From: Polyangiales bacterium | GTDB taxonomy: Bacteria > Myxococcota_A > Polyangia > Polyangiales > Houyiibacteriaceae | Reading direction: 5' to 3' | DNA length: 64,000 nucleotides | NCBI GenBank assembly: GCA_965227405.1 | Contig: OZ245758.1 | Location: forward strand, 1,577,693-1,641,692 | Shown here: positions 28,566 to 37,922 of the stretch, one piece after another | Layout: each line of letters opens with the position of its first letter | Position numbering within the stretch: position 1 is the stretch's first letter | The notes under the pieces: generated by a model | Databases searched by the model: none | What the model was told of the DNA's origin: nothing | Seen by the model: only the letters and a program-made list of their open reading frames with translations | Made by a program: the position numbers and the translations under genes

Positions 28566-29957
28566 TTACCTCTTGCGCTGCCAGACCGCGATGTGTGCGT
28601 TGCGGTACCGCTCCTCCCACCTGGGACTCTCCAAGAGCGCACGCGGCTGGTTCTCATCCAGCAACATCACGTGCTGAACATCCGGAAATTCGTCGATGAG
28701 CTCGATGTCTCCCGCCTCGATGCGAATAAAGCGCACCCAATCGTCATACGAAGCGACTTCCGAGCGGGCATCGAAGAGCACGCGGTTACGCAAATCCGGC
28801 CGATAGAAGAGCAGCCAGTCGCCGCGTTGTTCATCTGCCAAGATGTTGCCTTCAGCGTAGGGCAGCTCGAGCGCCTCACGTGGCCACTCCTCCGCGATCG
28901 CGGCAGGGACTCGGTTGAGTGCGATCACCACCGAGACGAGCCACACCGCCATCGCCAACGCGGCCACGTGTCGGCTCGAGCGAACTTCGCTCTCCCGCGG
29001 CGCCAAAAGCAGATCCAACATCGATGGGCCAAACACGACCAGACCAAAGCCCAGGATCAAGCCGTAGCGCATTCCGAGCATGCTGATGCCCGCGACCACC
29101 GCGAGGTAGAGCGCGTACTCAAACTTGAGTTTCTTGAACGTTGCCAGCAGGCCGAGGCCCAAGACACACACCATCGACACGTGAACCGGTTCAGTTGCAA
29201 AGGTGGGCATCAGCCATTCGATGAACGGCCCCGCGTCTGTGGTCATCTTCAACCAGTACGGAGGCAACCAGTACGGCGACACCAACGTGGCAGCCATAAA
29301 CGAAAGCCCCATCGCAACTCGCTCCACCGCAATGGTTCGCTCACGCCGACGACGAACCAGGGTGATCAGCGCCGAGAGTCCGAGCAATCCTGCACCCAAG
29401 ATCGCCGAGCCGTGCAGGTTGGTCCACAGCACCAACATCGGCACACCCAACCAAAGCCGACGGTTGCGCGCTTGGTTGGGTTGTGAGGTCGAAAGCTCAT
29501 CGACCACCAACCAGAACGTGCATCCCAGCAAGGGCCAAATGAACGTTTGCGCGCGCATCACCGAGTAGGTCGGCAAAAGACAAAGGCCAAAGAGCACGCC
29601 CATGGCGACGCGCATCGAGCTGGCGCCAGTTTTTCGGGCGGCGAGTGCGGCGATCGCTAAGCCCAGACCTTCGAGAAAGCCTTCGAGCACCATGCACACT
29701 TCAAAACCACCGAAGGAGAAGATGCGGTTCCAGCTAATGTGCGAAAGCCATTGAGCGTCGATCCACCAAGTGCCTGCGGCGACGACGGTGACGTTGTTGG
29801 TGTGGGGTAGGCCGTGCTCGAGGATGTCGCGGCCGAAGAAGAGGCAGAACCACGTGTCGCCGGAGACCGCGCTTTCGAAACGCAAGATGACCGCGCACGC
29901 CCACAACGTGACGAGCAGCACCGTGGGTCCGTATCGAGTGCGTGCGTTGGCGTTCAT
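28566..29957 (-). CDS. Polytopic membrane protein (about 10 TM) with a C-terminal soluble domain; possibly a GT-C-like glycosyltransferase (speculative)
   Basis: 463 aa. The hydrophobic N-terminal about 350 aa plus a soluble tail resembles the topology of ArnT/PMT-like enzymes. No diagnostic motif identified. Confidence 0.35.
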   Translation of the reverse strand: MNANARTRYGPTVLLVTLWACAVILRFESAVSGDTWFCLFFGRDILEHGLPHTNNVTVVAAGTWWIDAQWLSHISWNRIFSFGGFEVCMVLEGFLEGLGLAIAALAARKTGASSMRVAMGVLFGLCLLPTYSVMRAQTFIWPLLGCTFWLVVDELSTSQPNQARNRRLWLGVPMLVLWTNLHGSAILGAGLLGLSALITLVRRRRERTIAVERVAMGLSFMAATLVSPYWLPPYWLKMTTDAGPFIEWLMPTFATEPVHVSMVCVLGLGLLATFKKLKFEYALYLAVVAGISMLGMRYGLILGFGLVVFGPSMLDLLLAPRESEVRSSRHVAALAMAVWLVSVVIALNRVPAAIAEEWPREALELPYAEGNILADEQRGDWLLFYRPDLRNRVLFDARSEVASYDDWVRFIRIEAGDIELIDEFPDVQHVMLLDENQPRALLESPRWEERYRNAHIAVWQRKR

Positions 29958-30054
29958 TCGACGAAACCGGAAGACGTTGGCGTACTCATCTTCGGTGGGT
30001 GGGCATGGCGACTTATGTTCTTAGCCGGAAGCGAGGAACTATTCGGTTGGTCTG

Positions 30055-30168
30055 AGGCCAACATTTTTTACCGGAAGTACGAGAAGGCTGGAAGGCGGGA
30101 AGGTTCGGTATCCAAAACCTTCCCGCCTTCCAGCCTTCCCGTGCTTCCGGTTAAAATAGAAGCCCGTT
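30055..30168. mobile_element. Miniature inverted-repeat element (MITE): a left and a right terminal inverted repeat of the IS3-family element at 49638-51003, joined with no transposase gene between them
   Basis: ttttaccggaagtacgagaaggctggaaggcgggaaggtt ... aaccttcccgccttccagccttcccgtgcttccggttaaaa. Each arm is near-identical to the IS end sequence TTAACCGGAAGTGCGGGAAGGCTGGAAGACGAGAAG and its reverse complement. The two arms together form a near-perfect roughly 110-bp palindrome. Confidence 0.75.
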
Positions 30169-30191
30169 TCCAACACTCGCGGCGCAGAGTG

Positions 30192-32087
30192 TTAGTCGCG
30201 GCGACGGATCGCCAAAAGCATCAACAGGCAGAGTGCGCCGCTGCTTGGTGCGCCACCCGCGGAACAGCCACCACCGGACGAGCCTCCGGTGCTTCCCTCT
30301 TGTTCGGTTCCGCAGAGAAGCTCACCGCTCGAATCCACACACACGTAGGGAGTGGAGCACGCGCCTGCCGCACCACATGGACGCGTACAGATCTGCGCGT
30401 CACCCACCTCGCGACACATGCCCTCGTGACAGTCCGCATCTGCCGTACACGCTTCGCCCAAAGGAGCCAGGTCCGTACGGCAGAACATGTCCGTGCACGT
30501 GAGCCCGTCGTCGCACGAGTCGGTGCACGGTCGCGCACATCGTCCGTCGAGACACTCGCGCGTGCCTTGGCAGTCGTCGCTGGTCAGACACGGGTCGCCC
30601 GTTTGGCCAGGGTTGCCGCGTGCACAGCGGTCGCCCCGGCAGTGGAAGCCGTCGATACACGAACCAAAGCCTTCACATGCCACGCTGCAGTACTGCAGTT
30701 CGCCGTCGGTAAAACAGATCCCCGAGTTGCACTCTTCGTCCGTCGCGCAGGGTTCGCCAAGTCCGCGCCTGCCGCCGACAATCGAAGGATCGACGCAACC
30801 TCCACACGACCCCTCGCCGGCTGCGCACACTTCCGTTGTCGGGCACACGCCTGCGCCACCCTGACAACGGTATAAGCAGCGTTGCGTGCCGTCTCCGGGA
30901 TCCAAACACGCCAACGACGCACAGTCCGTGTCTGCCGTGCACGCTTCACCCAACGCAAGCTCGCCCGGTTCACCCGCCACGCACTGTCCATCACAACCGG
31001 TCGTGTTGAGGCAGTACGCACCCTCGACCGCAATCGAATCTCCGGGTCGGAAGGGATCAGGAATCGAGCCGCAGCTTTCACGCGGACGGAGAGGATCGCA
31101 GCGACGCGTGCACACGCGACCTGCGGGGGTGTCGCCACAAACGACGGGGTTGTCGGAACGAGGGGATTCCACGCCAACACCGAAGCGCTCGGGAAGATCG
31201 GCAAATGCACACTCGTCGTCGCTGCTACACGCTTCGCCGAGACCGAGACACCCTTCGTCAATGGTTCCGTCGCAGTCGTTGTCGAGACTGTCGCAGACTT
31301 CGTCCTCCATGATGGGGCAGTCACCCGCTTCGTAGAGAGCGGCGTCGATCATGCCGAGGAAGATATCGACTCGGTTGTGACCGTCGTTGACGCTGGGACA
31401 CGCGCCGCCCCCACCGATCGTGCCTTGGCCAAAGCTGGCGACACCGACGATCTCACGTGGCGTGCCTTCGAGGATCATCGGACCGCCCGAGTCGCCTTGG
31501 CAGATGTTCATCGCACTGTAGAGAACCCCGTCGTCGACGCGCGAGACCGTGCCTGTGGTGACGAGTTTCGTTCCGCTCGTTCCGGCGGGTGTGTTGCCGT
31601 ATCCGATGAACGTGACTTCTTCACCGACGAGTTCGCTGGCGACACCGCGGTGCACGTCGATGGGGGTGACGTCCGGGAAGTTACCGTCGCGGTCGGGAAA
31701 GATCGTGACCGTGGCAACGTCTTCACCGATCAACCCTGTGAGCAGCCCGTTGGAGAGGTACACGCCGGGTGTGGTGTCGATGCGACGAGCGCGATAGTCA
31801 ACTGTGTCGCTGAAGTCGGGACCGATGCCGATACTGACGATCGATTCTGGATACTTCTCGTCGTTGCCTGCGAGTTGAACGCAGTGTTTGGCGGTCAGTA
31901 CAACCGAGGGTGAGATGAACGTGCCGCTGCAGCGCAGCACACCGCCGACGACTTTGACGAGGACGACTGCTTCTTCATCGGGCGCGGGTGAACCGTCGAC
32001 GATCGGAAAGTCGACGCTTGCAGGGGCGTCGCGTTCAGGGGCCGCGCAAGCGAGCGCGAAGAGGAGAAGAAAAGCAGTTCGGAGCAT
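30192..32087 (-). CDS. Secreted trypsin-like serine protease (S1 family) with Cys-rich repeat domains and a C-terminal MYXO-CTERM sorting signal
   Basis: Signal peptide. Active-site His LTAKHCV and active-site Ser GDSGGPM. Multiple Cys-rich modules. Tail GGGCSAGGAPSSGALCLLMLLAIRRRD has the MYXO-CTERM form (Cys, hydrophobic helix, Arg-rich end). Confidence 0.85.
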   Translation of the reverse strand: MLRTAFLLLFALACAAPERDAPASVDFPIVDGSPAPDEEAVVLVKVVGGVLRCSGTFISPSVVLTAKHCVQLAGNDEKYPESIVSIGIGPDFSDTVDYRARRIDTTPGVYLSNGLLTGLIGEDVATVTIFPDRDGNFPDVTPIDVHRGVASELVGEEVTFIGYGNTPAGTSGTKLVTTGTVSRVDDGVLYSAMNICQGDSGGPMILEGTPREIVGVASFGQGTIGGGGACPSVNDGHNRVDIFLGMIDAALYEAGDCPIMEDEVCDSLDNDCDGTIDEGCLGLGEACSSDDECAFADLPERFGVGVESPRSDNPVVCGDTPAGRVCTRRCDPLRPRESCGSIPDPFRPGDSIAVEGAYCLNTTGCDGQCVAGEPGELALGEACTADTDCASLACLDPGDGTQRCLYRCQGGAGVCPTTEVCAAGEGSCGGCVDPSIVGGRRGLGEPCATDEECNSGICFTDGELQYCSVACEGFGSCIDGFHCRGDRCARGNPGQTGDPCLTSDDCQGTRECLDGRCARPCTDSCDDGLTCTDMFCRTDLAPLGEACTADADCHEGMCREVGDAQICTRPCGAAGACSTPYVCVDSSGELLCGTEQEGSTGGSSGGGCSAGGAPSSGALCLLMLLAIRRRD

Positions 32088-32223
32088 CCCGAGGGGTTAA
32101 TAGCGTCTTTGGCGGGGATCGTCCCTGGCAGGTGGTTCCGGTCGGCATTCTTCAGGGTGGGCAGCATTCCGCTTCGCGGATCCGGAAGATTTGAAGCTTG
32201 AAAGCCGGGAAGCTCGGACCTGA

Positions 32224-32496
32224 ATTTTAGTGGGAGACGCGAGGCTCGGAGACTGGAGATTTTTCTCTGCGGGGAGTCGCGAGGTTACCCGGCCATCATT
32301 GCTCAATGCGCATCACGCATTGCACAGCTTGAGTGCGAATGAGTTCCGCTTCGCGGGGCTGCCTCTAACGCCTGCGAACCTCGAACGGCCACGCGGGAAG
32401 AGGAATAGGAACGGGCGGGCGAACCAGTAGCGAACGAGTGACCTAATGAAAGGCAATTCTCTCCAGTCTCCGAGCCTCACGTCTCCCACTAAAAAT
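32224..32496. repeat. 273-bp intergenic element bounded by 37-bp inverted repeats (35 of 37 match); MITE-like, or a large structured leader upstream of the S1 protease gene
   Basis: Left arm attttagtgggagacgcgaggctcggagactggagat (32224-32260). Right arm tctccagtctccgagcctcacgtctcccactaaaaat (32460-32496) is its reverse complement with two mismatches/indels. Internal small palindrome caatgcgcatcacgcattg. Confidence 0.55.
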
Positions 32497-32522
32497 CACT
32501 GCGCCCTTTCGCCTTCCCTCTT

Positions 32523-32534
32523 CGAATCTTCGAA
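32523..32534. repeat. A12 homopolymer tract (T12 on the coding strand of the neighbouring genes)
   Basis: cgaaaaaaaaaaaacgaa; highly unusual in a genome of about 68% GC. Lies between the S9 peptidase stop and the S1 protease promoter region. Confidence 0.9.
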
Positions 32535-32572
32535 AAAAAAAAAACGAATAGCCCAGCCGACCAAGCCAACCG

Positions 32573-34492
32573 CTACCGCATCTTTCGGTCCAGAAAATCA
32601 ATCACCGCCCCATACCAATGCCGAATATTCCTCGGCTTCAGGATCCAATGATTCTCATCCGGGTACACGATCAACTCGCTGTCCACATCGTGCGCCTGCA
32701 ACGCCTCGAACAACGCTAACGCCTCTCCGATCGGGACTCGATAATCCTTCTCCCCATGGAGAACCAACGTTGGGGTCTTCCACTTCGACACGTTCACATG
32801 CGGCGAATACTTATCGATGTCGCCCGACCACGGGGTCGACGCGTTGTGCAGTCCAAAGTACGGCCCCGCATCGGTCGCCCCGTAAAACGCACGCAGGTCA
32901 AACAACCCTGCATGGCTCACCAACGCAGCAAAACGATCGGTCATCCCGCCGATCCAGTTGACCATGTAGCCGCCAAACGAACCGCCCATGGCCGCCAACG
33001 CACCGACATCATCGCGTTGCTCCAAGACATCGGTAACCGCCATCAGATCCGCGTAGCACTGCTCGCCCCACACGTTGCCCCAGATCCCGTCGATGAACTT
33101 GTCGCCGTATCCGGTTGATCCTCGTGCATTGGGCAACGCGATCGCATAGCCCGCACGCAACAACACCAACGGGTTCCACCGCCAATGCCACTGGTTTCCA
33201 AAATGGCTGATCGGTCCACCGTGGATCCACAACACTGTTGGAAAGGGGCCCTCACCACGCGGCTTGATCAAACGCGTGTCGATCGTGACTCCGTCGGTCG
33301 ACTCCACGCCAAAGCGTTCTTCCACCAACGTGGTTTGCTCTGCGGAACTCATCCGACTCAGTTCCGGAAGCCAGCATCTTCCGAAGTCGCTGGGCTTCTC
33401 ATCCGAGCTCACGACGTACACGCGCGGCGGTTGTGCCAGCGAGTGACCAATGCCGACAAACCCACCATCATCGAGAGCTCGCAAGCTGGCGTGCGAACCG
33501 TCTAGTGCGTGTTCCTCACGCTTGCCCGTCCTCAGGTCCACAGTGGCCGCGCGCACTTCGCCGTGTTCATCAAACGTCACGAGGCAACGCGTCGCATCCA
33601 CCATCGCATTGGGAATCGGACGGCGATCCCAATCGGTCGCGACCACGCGCATGCCATCGTCACCAAACACCACCAGCTCGTGCGTATGCACGTGCGCTTG
33701 GCTTCGCTCCGATCGCGTCGCGACAATCCCGCCTTCAAAGAAAAGCGCAGCGCCGTACCAGGCTCGTTCTGAGCGCCCGAACTCTTCCAGCAAGCCACTC
33801 TCGGTATCGAACACCTGCAGCCACGAACTTCGAATCCGATCGTCGGGATGAATATCGTGTCCCGTAACCAGGACACGTTGACCGGATGCATCCATCTTTA
33901 GATCGCTCTCCGGGCGAAGCTCCGCGTCGTAGTCAGGCGTCAGATCTCGGCGCACGCCATCGCGAACCACAACCAGGTGCGGCGCTGACTCAGGCTCCCA
34001 GTGATCCCAAAAGCGCACGGGAATACGCGTGTAGTGCAGCGCCGAAGGTCCGTGTTTGCTGCGCTTCTCGTCCAGCTCGCGCTGTTCGGCATGCGCAACC
34101 CCCAAACGAACAGGACTGATCATCGCGAGTGTGCCCGCCGCCACTTCGAACGAACTCACGCCGAGAGGTTCGTCGGTGACACGCGCAGGATCGCCGCAAT
34201 GCGCGCCGAACATCCACACCTGGCTGCACTTCTCCGGTTCGCCGCCTTCCGCCGGCCGATTGCTTAGGAAGTACAGCCGCTCACCATCAAAACGCGGACG
34301 ACGATCGTTGAAGGGACCCGAGGTGATCGGAGTGGGTTCATCGCCATTGAGCGGAACCCGCCACAGGTCATGTACGTACGCCGCATCCTTCGAATCGAGG
34401 CGGGCCACCGATACCGCAAGCCAGGTCTGGTCGGTCGACACTGCCAGTTCCGCAACCCGTCCGAGCTGCGTGAGCCGAAGCGCGGAAATCAT
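32573..34492 (-). CDS. S9-family serine peptidase (prolyl oligopeptidase / acylaminoacyl-peptidase-like) with an N-terminal beta-propeller
   Basis: 639 aa. Nucleophile motif GGSFGGYM (GxSxGG). C-terminal HGEKDYRVP...DENHWI supplies the catalytic Asp/His. N-terminal propeller-like repeats. Confidence 0.8.
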   Translation of the reverse strand: MISALRLTQLGRVAELAVSTDQTWLAVSVARLDSKDAAYVHDLWRVPLNGDEPTPITSGPFNDRRPRFDGERLYFLSNRPAEGGEPEKCSQVWMFGAHCGDPARVTDEPLGVSSFEVAAGTLAMISPVRLGVAHAEQRELDEKRSKHGPSALHYTRIPVRFWDHWEPESAPHLVVVRDGVRRDLTPDYDAELRPESDLKMDASGQRVLVTGHDIHPDDRIRSSWLQVFDTESGLLEEFGRSERAWYGAALFFEGGIVATRSERSQAHVHTHELVVFGDDGMRVVATDWDRRPIPNAMVDATRCLVTFDEHGEVRAATVDLRTGKREEHALDGSHASLRALDDGGFVGIGHSLAQPPRVYVVSSDEKPSDFGRCWLPELSRMSSAEQTTLVEERFGVESTDGVTIDTRLIKPRGEGPFPTVLWIHGGPISHFGNQWHWRWNPLVLLRAGYAIALPNARGSTGYGDKFIDGIWGNVWGEQCYADLMAVTDVLEQRDDVGALAAMGGSFGGYMVNWIGGMTDRFAALVSHAGLFDLRAFYGATDAGPYFGLHNASTPWSGDIDKYSPHVNVSKWKTPTLVLHGEKDYRVPIGEALALFEALQAHDVDSELIVYPDENHWILKPRNIRHWYGAVIDFLDRKMR

Positions 34493-35874
34493 CCGTAGCG
34501 CTTTTCGATCATGGAGTAGACCGCGCGAAGGGCCATCGCTTCACCACCCTTGGGTCGACCGGTTCGCTCCGAGTTGTTGTACGCCATCAAATCGATGTGC
34601 GCCCAAGGCACGTCCGAGTCGACAAAGCGCCGCAGGAAGAGCGCTGCTGTGATCGCGCCACCGTAACGCGTGCTCGATGTATTGCTGACGTCGGCCACGC
34701 GACTATCGAGGTAGCGGTCGTAGGGATCGTGCAAGGGCATCCGCCATGCTTCGTCGTGCTCGCGATGTCCAGCGGCAAGAATGTCGTCGGCCAACGCGTC
34801 ATCGTTGGAAAAGAGCGCAGGCAACTCGGTACCCAGGGCGACGCGTGCGGCACCGGTCAGCGTCGCAAAGTCGATCAACATGTCGGGCTGTTCGCGACAT
34901 GCCTCATGCAACGCGTCGCACATGATCAAACGTCCTTCGGCATCGGTGTTGCCCACTTCGATGGTCAGTCCCTTGCGCGACTGCAGCACATCAAGAGGCC
35001 GAAACGCGTTGCCCGACACCGAGTTTTCGACAGCCGGCACCAGGACGCGCAGTCGGATTGGCAACTTCGCCGCCATGAGTGCATGCGCCAGTCCGATCAC
35101 GTGGGCGGAGCCACCCATGTCCTTCTTCATCAGCAACATGCCCGACGCCGGTTTGAGATCGAGCCCGCCGCTATCGAAGCAAACGCCCTTACCGACCAAA
35201 GTGACTTTCGGATCCTTGGCGCGGCCCCACTTCAGATCGATAAGCCGAGGTGCTTCCGATGCGGCACGCCCCACCGCGTGAACCGCCGGCCAGTTCTTTT
35301 GCAGCAACGCGTCACCACGCACGACCGTCACGCGCGCTTGGTGCTTCTTGGCGATGCGCTTCATCGTGGATTCGATCTGCGCGGGACCCATGTCGTTGGC
35401 CGGCGTGGTGATCATGTTGCGGATCAAAAACGTCGCTTCGGCCAAGCGAGTCACGCGCGCCTTATTGGCAGCCTTGGGCCAAACCAAACGGCGGTCGGGG
35501 CGTCCAGATTTCTTGTACTTGGTGTACCGGTACTCTGCGAGCGCCCAACCCAATGCAAGCGCATCGGCAAGCGAGCCCTTCTTCACACCTTTGATCTCGT
35601 AACGACCCTTGGGCAGTCGACCGGGAAGACGTGCAGCAAGCAACGGGCTGGTTCGTTCGCGGTCGAGCACAAACAAAACGCTGGCGAGCTTTCCGTTGCT
35701 GCCTGGAACGAGAAGACTGCGTCCTGGGTACGCCTTGAAGTCGTTCGAATCCGCCCAAGCTCGGGTGGCTGCGCTTTGCTTGGCCAGCCACTTCTTCGCG
35801 CTGGCCGGCTGCATAGCGTGGACGGGAATGGTCGTCTTGGTCGCGCGTGCGGCGAACAGGTGATCAATCTTCAT
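34489..35874 (-). CDS. pepA: Leucyl aminopeptidase, M17 family
   Basis: 461 aa. M17 signature NTDAEGRLIMCDAL. Lys/Asp/Glu metal-ligand context VGKGVCFDSGGLDLKP. Confidence 0.85.
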   Translation of the reverse strand: MKIDHLFAARATKTTIPVHAMQPASAKKWLAKQSAATRAWADSNDFKAYPGRSLLVPGSNGKLASVLFVLDRERTSPLLAARLPGRLPKGRYEIKGVKKGSLADALALGWALAEYRYTKYKKSGRPDRRLVWPKAANKARVTRLAEATFLIRNMITTPANDMGPAQIESTMKRIAKKHQARVTVVRGDALLQKNWPAVHAVGRAASEAPRLIDLKWGRAKDPKVTLVGKGVCFDSGGLDLKPASGMLLMKKDMGGSAHVIGLAHALMAAKLPIRLRVLVPAVENSVSGNAFRPLDVLQSRKGLTIEVGNTDAEGRLIMCDALHEACREQPDMLIDFATLTGAARVALGTELPALFSNDDALADDILAAGHREHDEAWRMPLHDPYDRYLDSRVADVSNTSSTRYGGAITAALFLRRFVDSDVPWAHIDLMAYNNSERTGRPKGGEAMALRAVYSMIEKRYG

Positions 35875-35882
35875 GTGGCGCG

Positions 35883-36417
35883 GATGCTACGCCCGCTGGC
35901 GCGACGAGTCGACTGGCACTACCACCTCGGTGTGAGCGACGACCACGACGATCGGCACCGCGGGCCCGGCCACGCTTCGCCCTACGGGTTGAGCACATTG
36001 GCGCCATCGATTTCGTTAGTTGACGTTGCCGCCGAGATTCAACACGCCGACGCCATGATCGGCACCGCCGCGCACTCGAAGTTGCGCGTGATCGCGGAGC
36101 AAATTCGGGCGCTCCAAGAGCGCGCTCGCGAAGTGATGGAGGACGCCAAGCGCGATCTCGATCTGCACCGCGCGAAGTGTGCGTTTCCAAGGCGCCCCGG
36201 GCAGGTCTATCACCTCTACGCCAAGGCCGATGACGACCTCTATTGGTCGATGGTGTCGCCCGAGGAATGGGGCGCTCAGCCACCGCATCGTTTCGTGGGC
36301 AGCTATCGATTGGGAATCGATCAGAGCTGGACTCCCGTCGAAGAAAACGACGAGAGCGACCTTCCTGGACAGGAGCAACTTGTGACGATGTTGCTCACGC
36401 CAGATACCGAAGGGTAG
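35883..36417 (+). CDS. Hypothetical cytoplasmic protein (conserved-looking about 170 aa)
   Basis: This is the 3' end of the long 34597-36417 (+) track ORF that lies beyond the M17 gene. ATG at about 35883. Non-repetitive, balanced composition (…YHLYAKADDDLYWSMVSPEEWGAQPPHRFVGSYRLGIDQSWTPV). The start is uncertain; an alternative ATG is at about 36055. Confidence 0.4.
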
Positions 36418-36430
36418 CTTTCCACTTGGG

Positions 36431-37333
36431 ATGCGGTTTGGCTTCTGCGTAGCGCTCTTGAGCGCAGTGCTCTCGATGCACAGCTCCGTGCTGGCGCAAG
36501 ATGCACGCGACGAGTTCATGCGCGGAGCACAGCTCTACCAAAGCGAAGACTACGAAGGCGCGCTCGAAGCGTTTCGCACGTCGTATGGCCTTGCGCCTGT
36601 CCCGGTCGTGCTCTTCAACATTGCGCAGTGCTTGCGTTACTTGGATCGACCCGCCGAAGCGATCGCAGCGTTTCACGAGTATCTCGAAAGTGAAGAGTCC
36701 GTGGACAACCCGCGTCGCGAAGCGGTGGAAGCGGCGATGCAAGAACTCGAAGCCAAACTCGCGGCTGTCCGGATCATCGTGAACGTCGCGCGCACAGAAG
36801 TGTTCATCGGCGATCGACTCTTGGGCACGTCGCCTTTTGCGGGCGCTGTGTACGTCGGGGAGGGCCGACAACGCTTTCGCGCGGTTCGTGAAGGCTACTT
36901 GCCCACCGAACGCTCGATGACGTTGCGCGCAGGTCAAAACGCCACGCTGCGAATCGAGATGGAGCGCGAACCCGAAGAGGGCACGTTAGTGATCGATTCG
37001 AACGTCCCAGGCGCGGTGGTCTACGTCGACGATCGTCGCATCGGACAGGTTCCGGTCGAGCGAACCTTCTTGGCGGGTGAACACGACGTGATGGTCGAAG
37101 CGGATGGCTACCGCGACTTCGATCAAACTGTGACGCTTCGCGACGAAGAGCGCCTGGATGTTCAAGCTGACCTCGAACCCCGCGATCCGATCATTAACAA
37201 GTGGTGGTTCTGGACGGGCGTGGGTGGTGCGGCACTGATCGCGATCGTGACCACGCTGATCATCACGCTTCCCTCGAGCCCGCAGCCTTTGGATGGTTCG
37301 CTTGGAACCGTGCGCGCGTTGGAGTCGCCATGA
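36431..37333 (+). CDS. Secreted TPR + PEGA domain protein with a C-terminal TM anchor
   Basis: Signal peptide. TPR-like N-terminus. Two PEGA-like beta-sandwich segments (VIDSNVPGAVVYVDDRRIGQVPVERTFLAGEHDVMVEADGYRDF). C-terminal TM WWFWTGVGGAALIAIVTTLIITL. Confidence 0.7.
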   Translation: MRFGFCVALLSAVLSMHSSVLAQDARDEFMRGAQLYQSEDYEGALEAFRTSYGLAPVPVVLFNIAQCLRYLDRPAEAIAAFHEYLESEESVDNPRREAVEAAMQELEAKLAAVRIIVNVARTEVFIGDRLLGTSPFAGAVYVGEGRQRFRAVREGYLPTERSMTLRAGQNATLRIEMEREPEEGTLVIDSNVPGAVVYVDDRRIGQVPVERTFLAGEHDVMVEADGYRDFDQTVTLRDEERLDVQADLEPRDPIINKWWFWTGVGGAALIAIVTTLIITLPSSPQPLDGSLGTVRALESP

Positions 37334-37839
37334 GGTGGTGCGCGCTGACCTTGCTTGTGGCGAGTTGTGGCTCGGGTTCGGTCACCGAGATCTTTGCCTG
37401 CTACTCGATCGATCCCGCGTTGGTGTCCGACACCACCGTTGTACGGATTTGCGTGCGCGACGAAGAAGGCGAAGTTGTGCACGGTTGCGGTGACGCACGA
37501 CTGAGCTTGGCGAACACGGGCGAAACAGCCAGTCAGGGCTTTGTGCAGCGCAATGCGCAGTCACTGATCTTCGAGATCGAAGCGGAAGCACCGGTGGCAG
37601 GACGAACGGCGACCGTGTCGCAGTCGTTGCGGGTGCCCTTTGTGGATGGGGAGATCATCGATGTGACGCTGCGGCTCGATGCAGCGTGTGCCGATCGGGT
37701 GTGTGACCCTGGTGAGACCTGCGTTGCCGGCGAGTGCCAGGCATCCGAGGTTGGAACCCGTTGTCTGACGCCGCACGGATTGGAGCCCTTGCCCGAGTGC
37801 ACCGATCCGCGACTGATCAGTGTGTGCAACGCGCCCTAA
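37330..37839 (+). CDS. Small Cys-containing lipoprotein, hypothetical
   Basis: Start MRWCALTLLVASCGSG (lipobox) overlaps the PEGA gene stop as ATGA. 169 aa. Confidence 0.5.
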   Translation: MRWCALTLLVASCGSGSVTEIFACYSIDPALVSDTTVVRICVRDEEGEVVHGCGDARLSLANTGETASQGFVQRNAQSLIFEIEAEAPVAGRTATVSQSLRVPFVDGEIIDVTLRLDAACADRVCDPGETCVAGECQASEVGTRCLTPHGLEPLPECTDPRLISVCNAP

Positions 37840-37922
37840 CCGCCCAATCGCCCTTTCCTTTTCCTCTTCCTCTTCCCAACCAGCTGAAGAACCACAACAG
37901 GCGCGCAGGAGTCTTCCCAAAC

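Noticed and set aside
32523-32573. Rho-independent terminator for the S9 peptidase formed by the T12 run
   Set aside because: No convincing GC-rich stem lies immediately upstream of the T-run on the transcribed strand. Recorded only as a homopolymer tract.
34597-35880. 5' portion of the 606-aa (+) ORF
   Set aside because: It overlaps the M17 aminopeptidase gene in antisense. Only the 3' part beyond 35883 is kept as a possible real gene.
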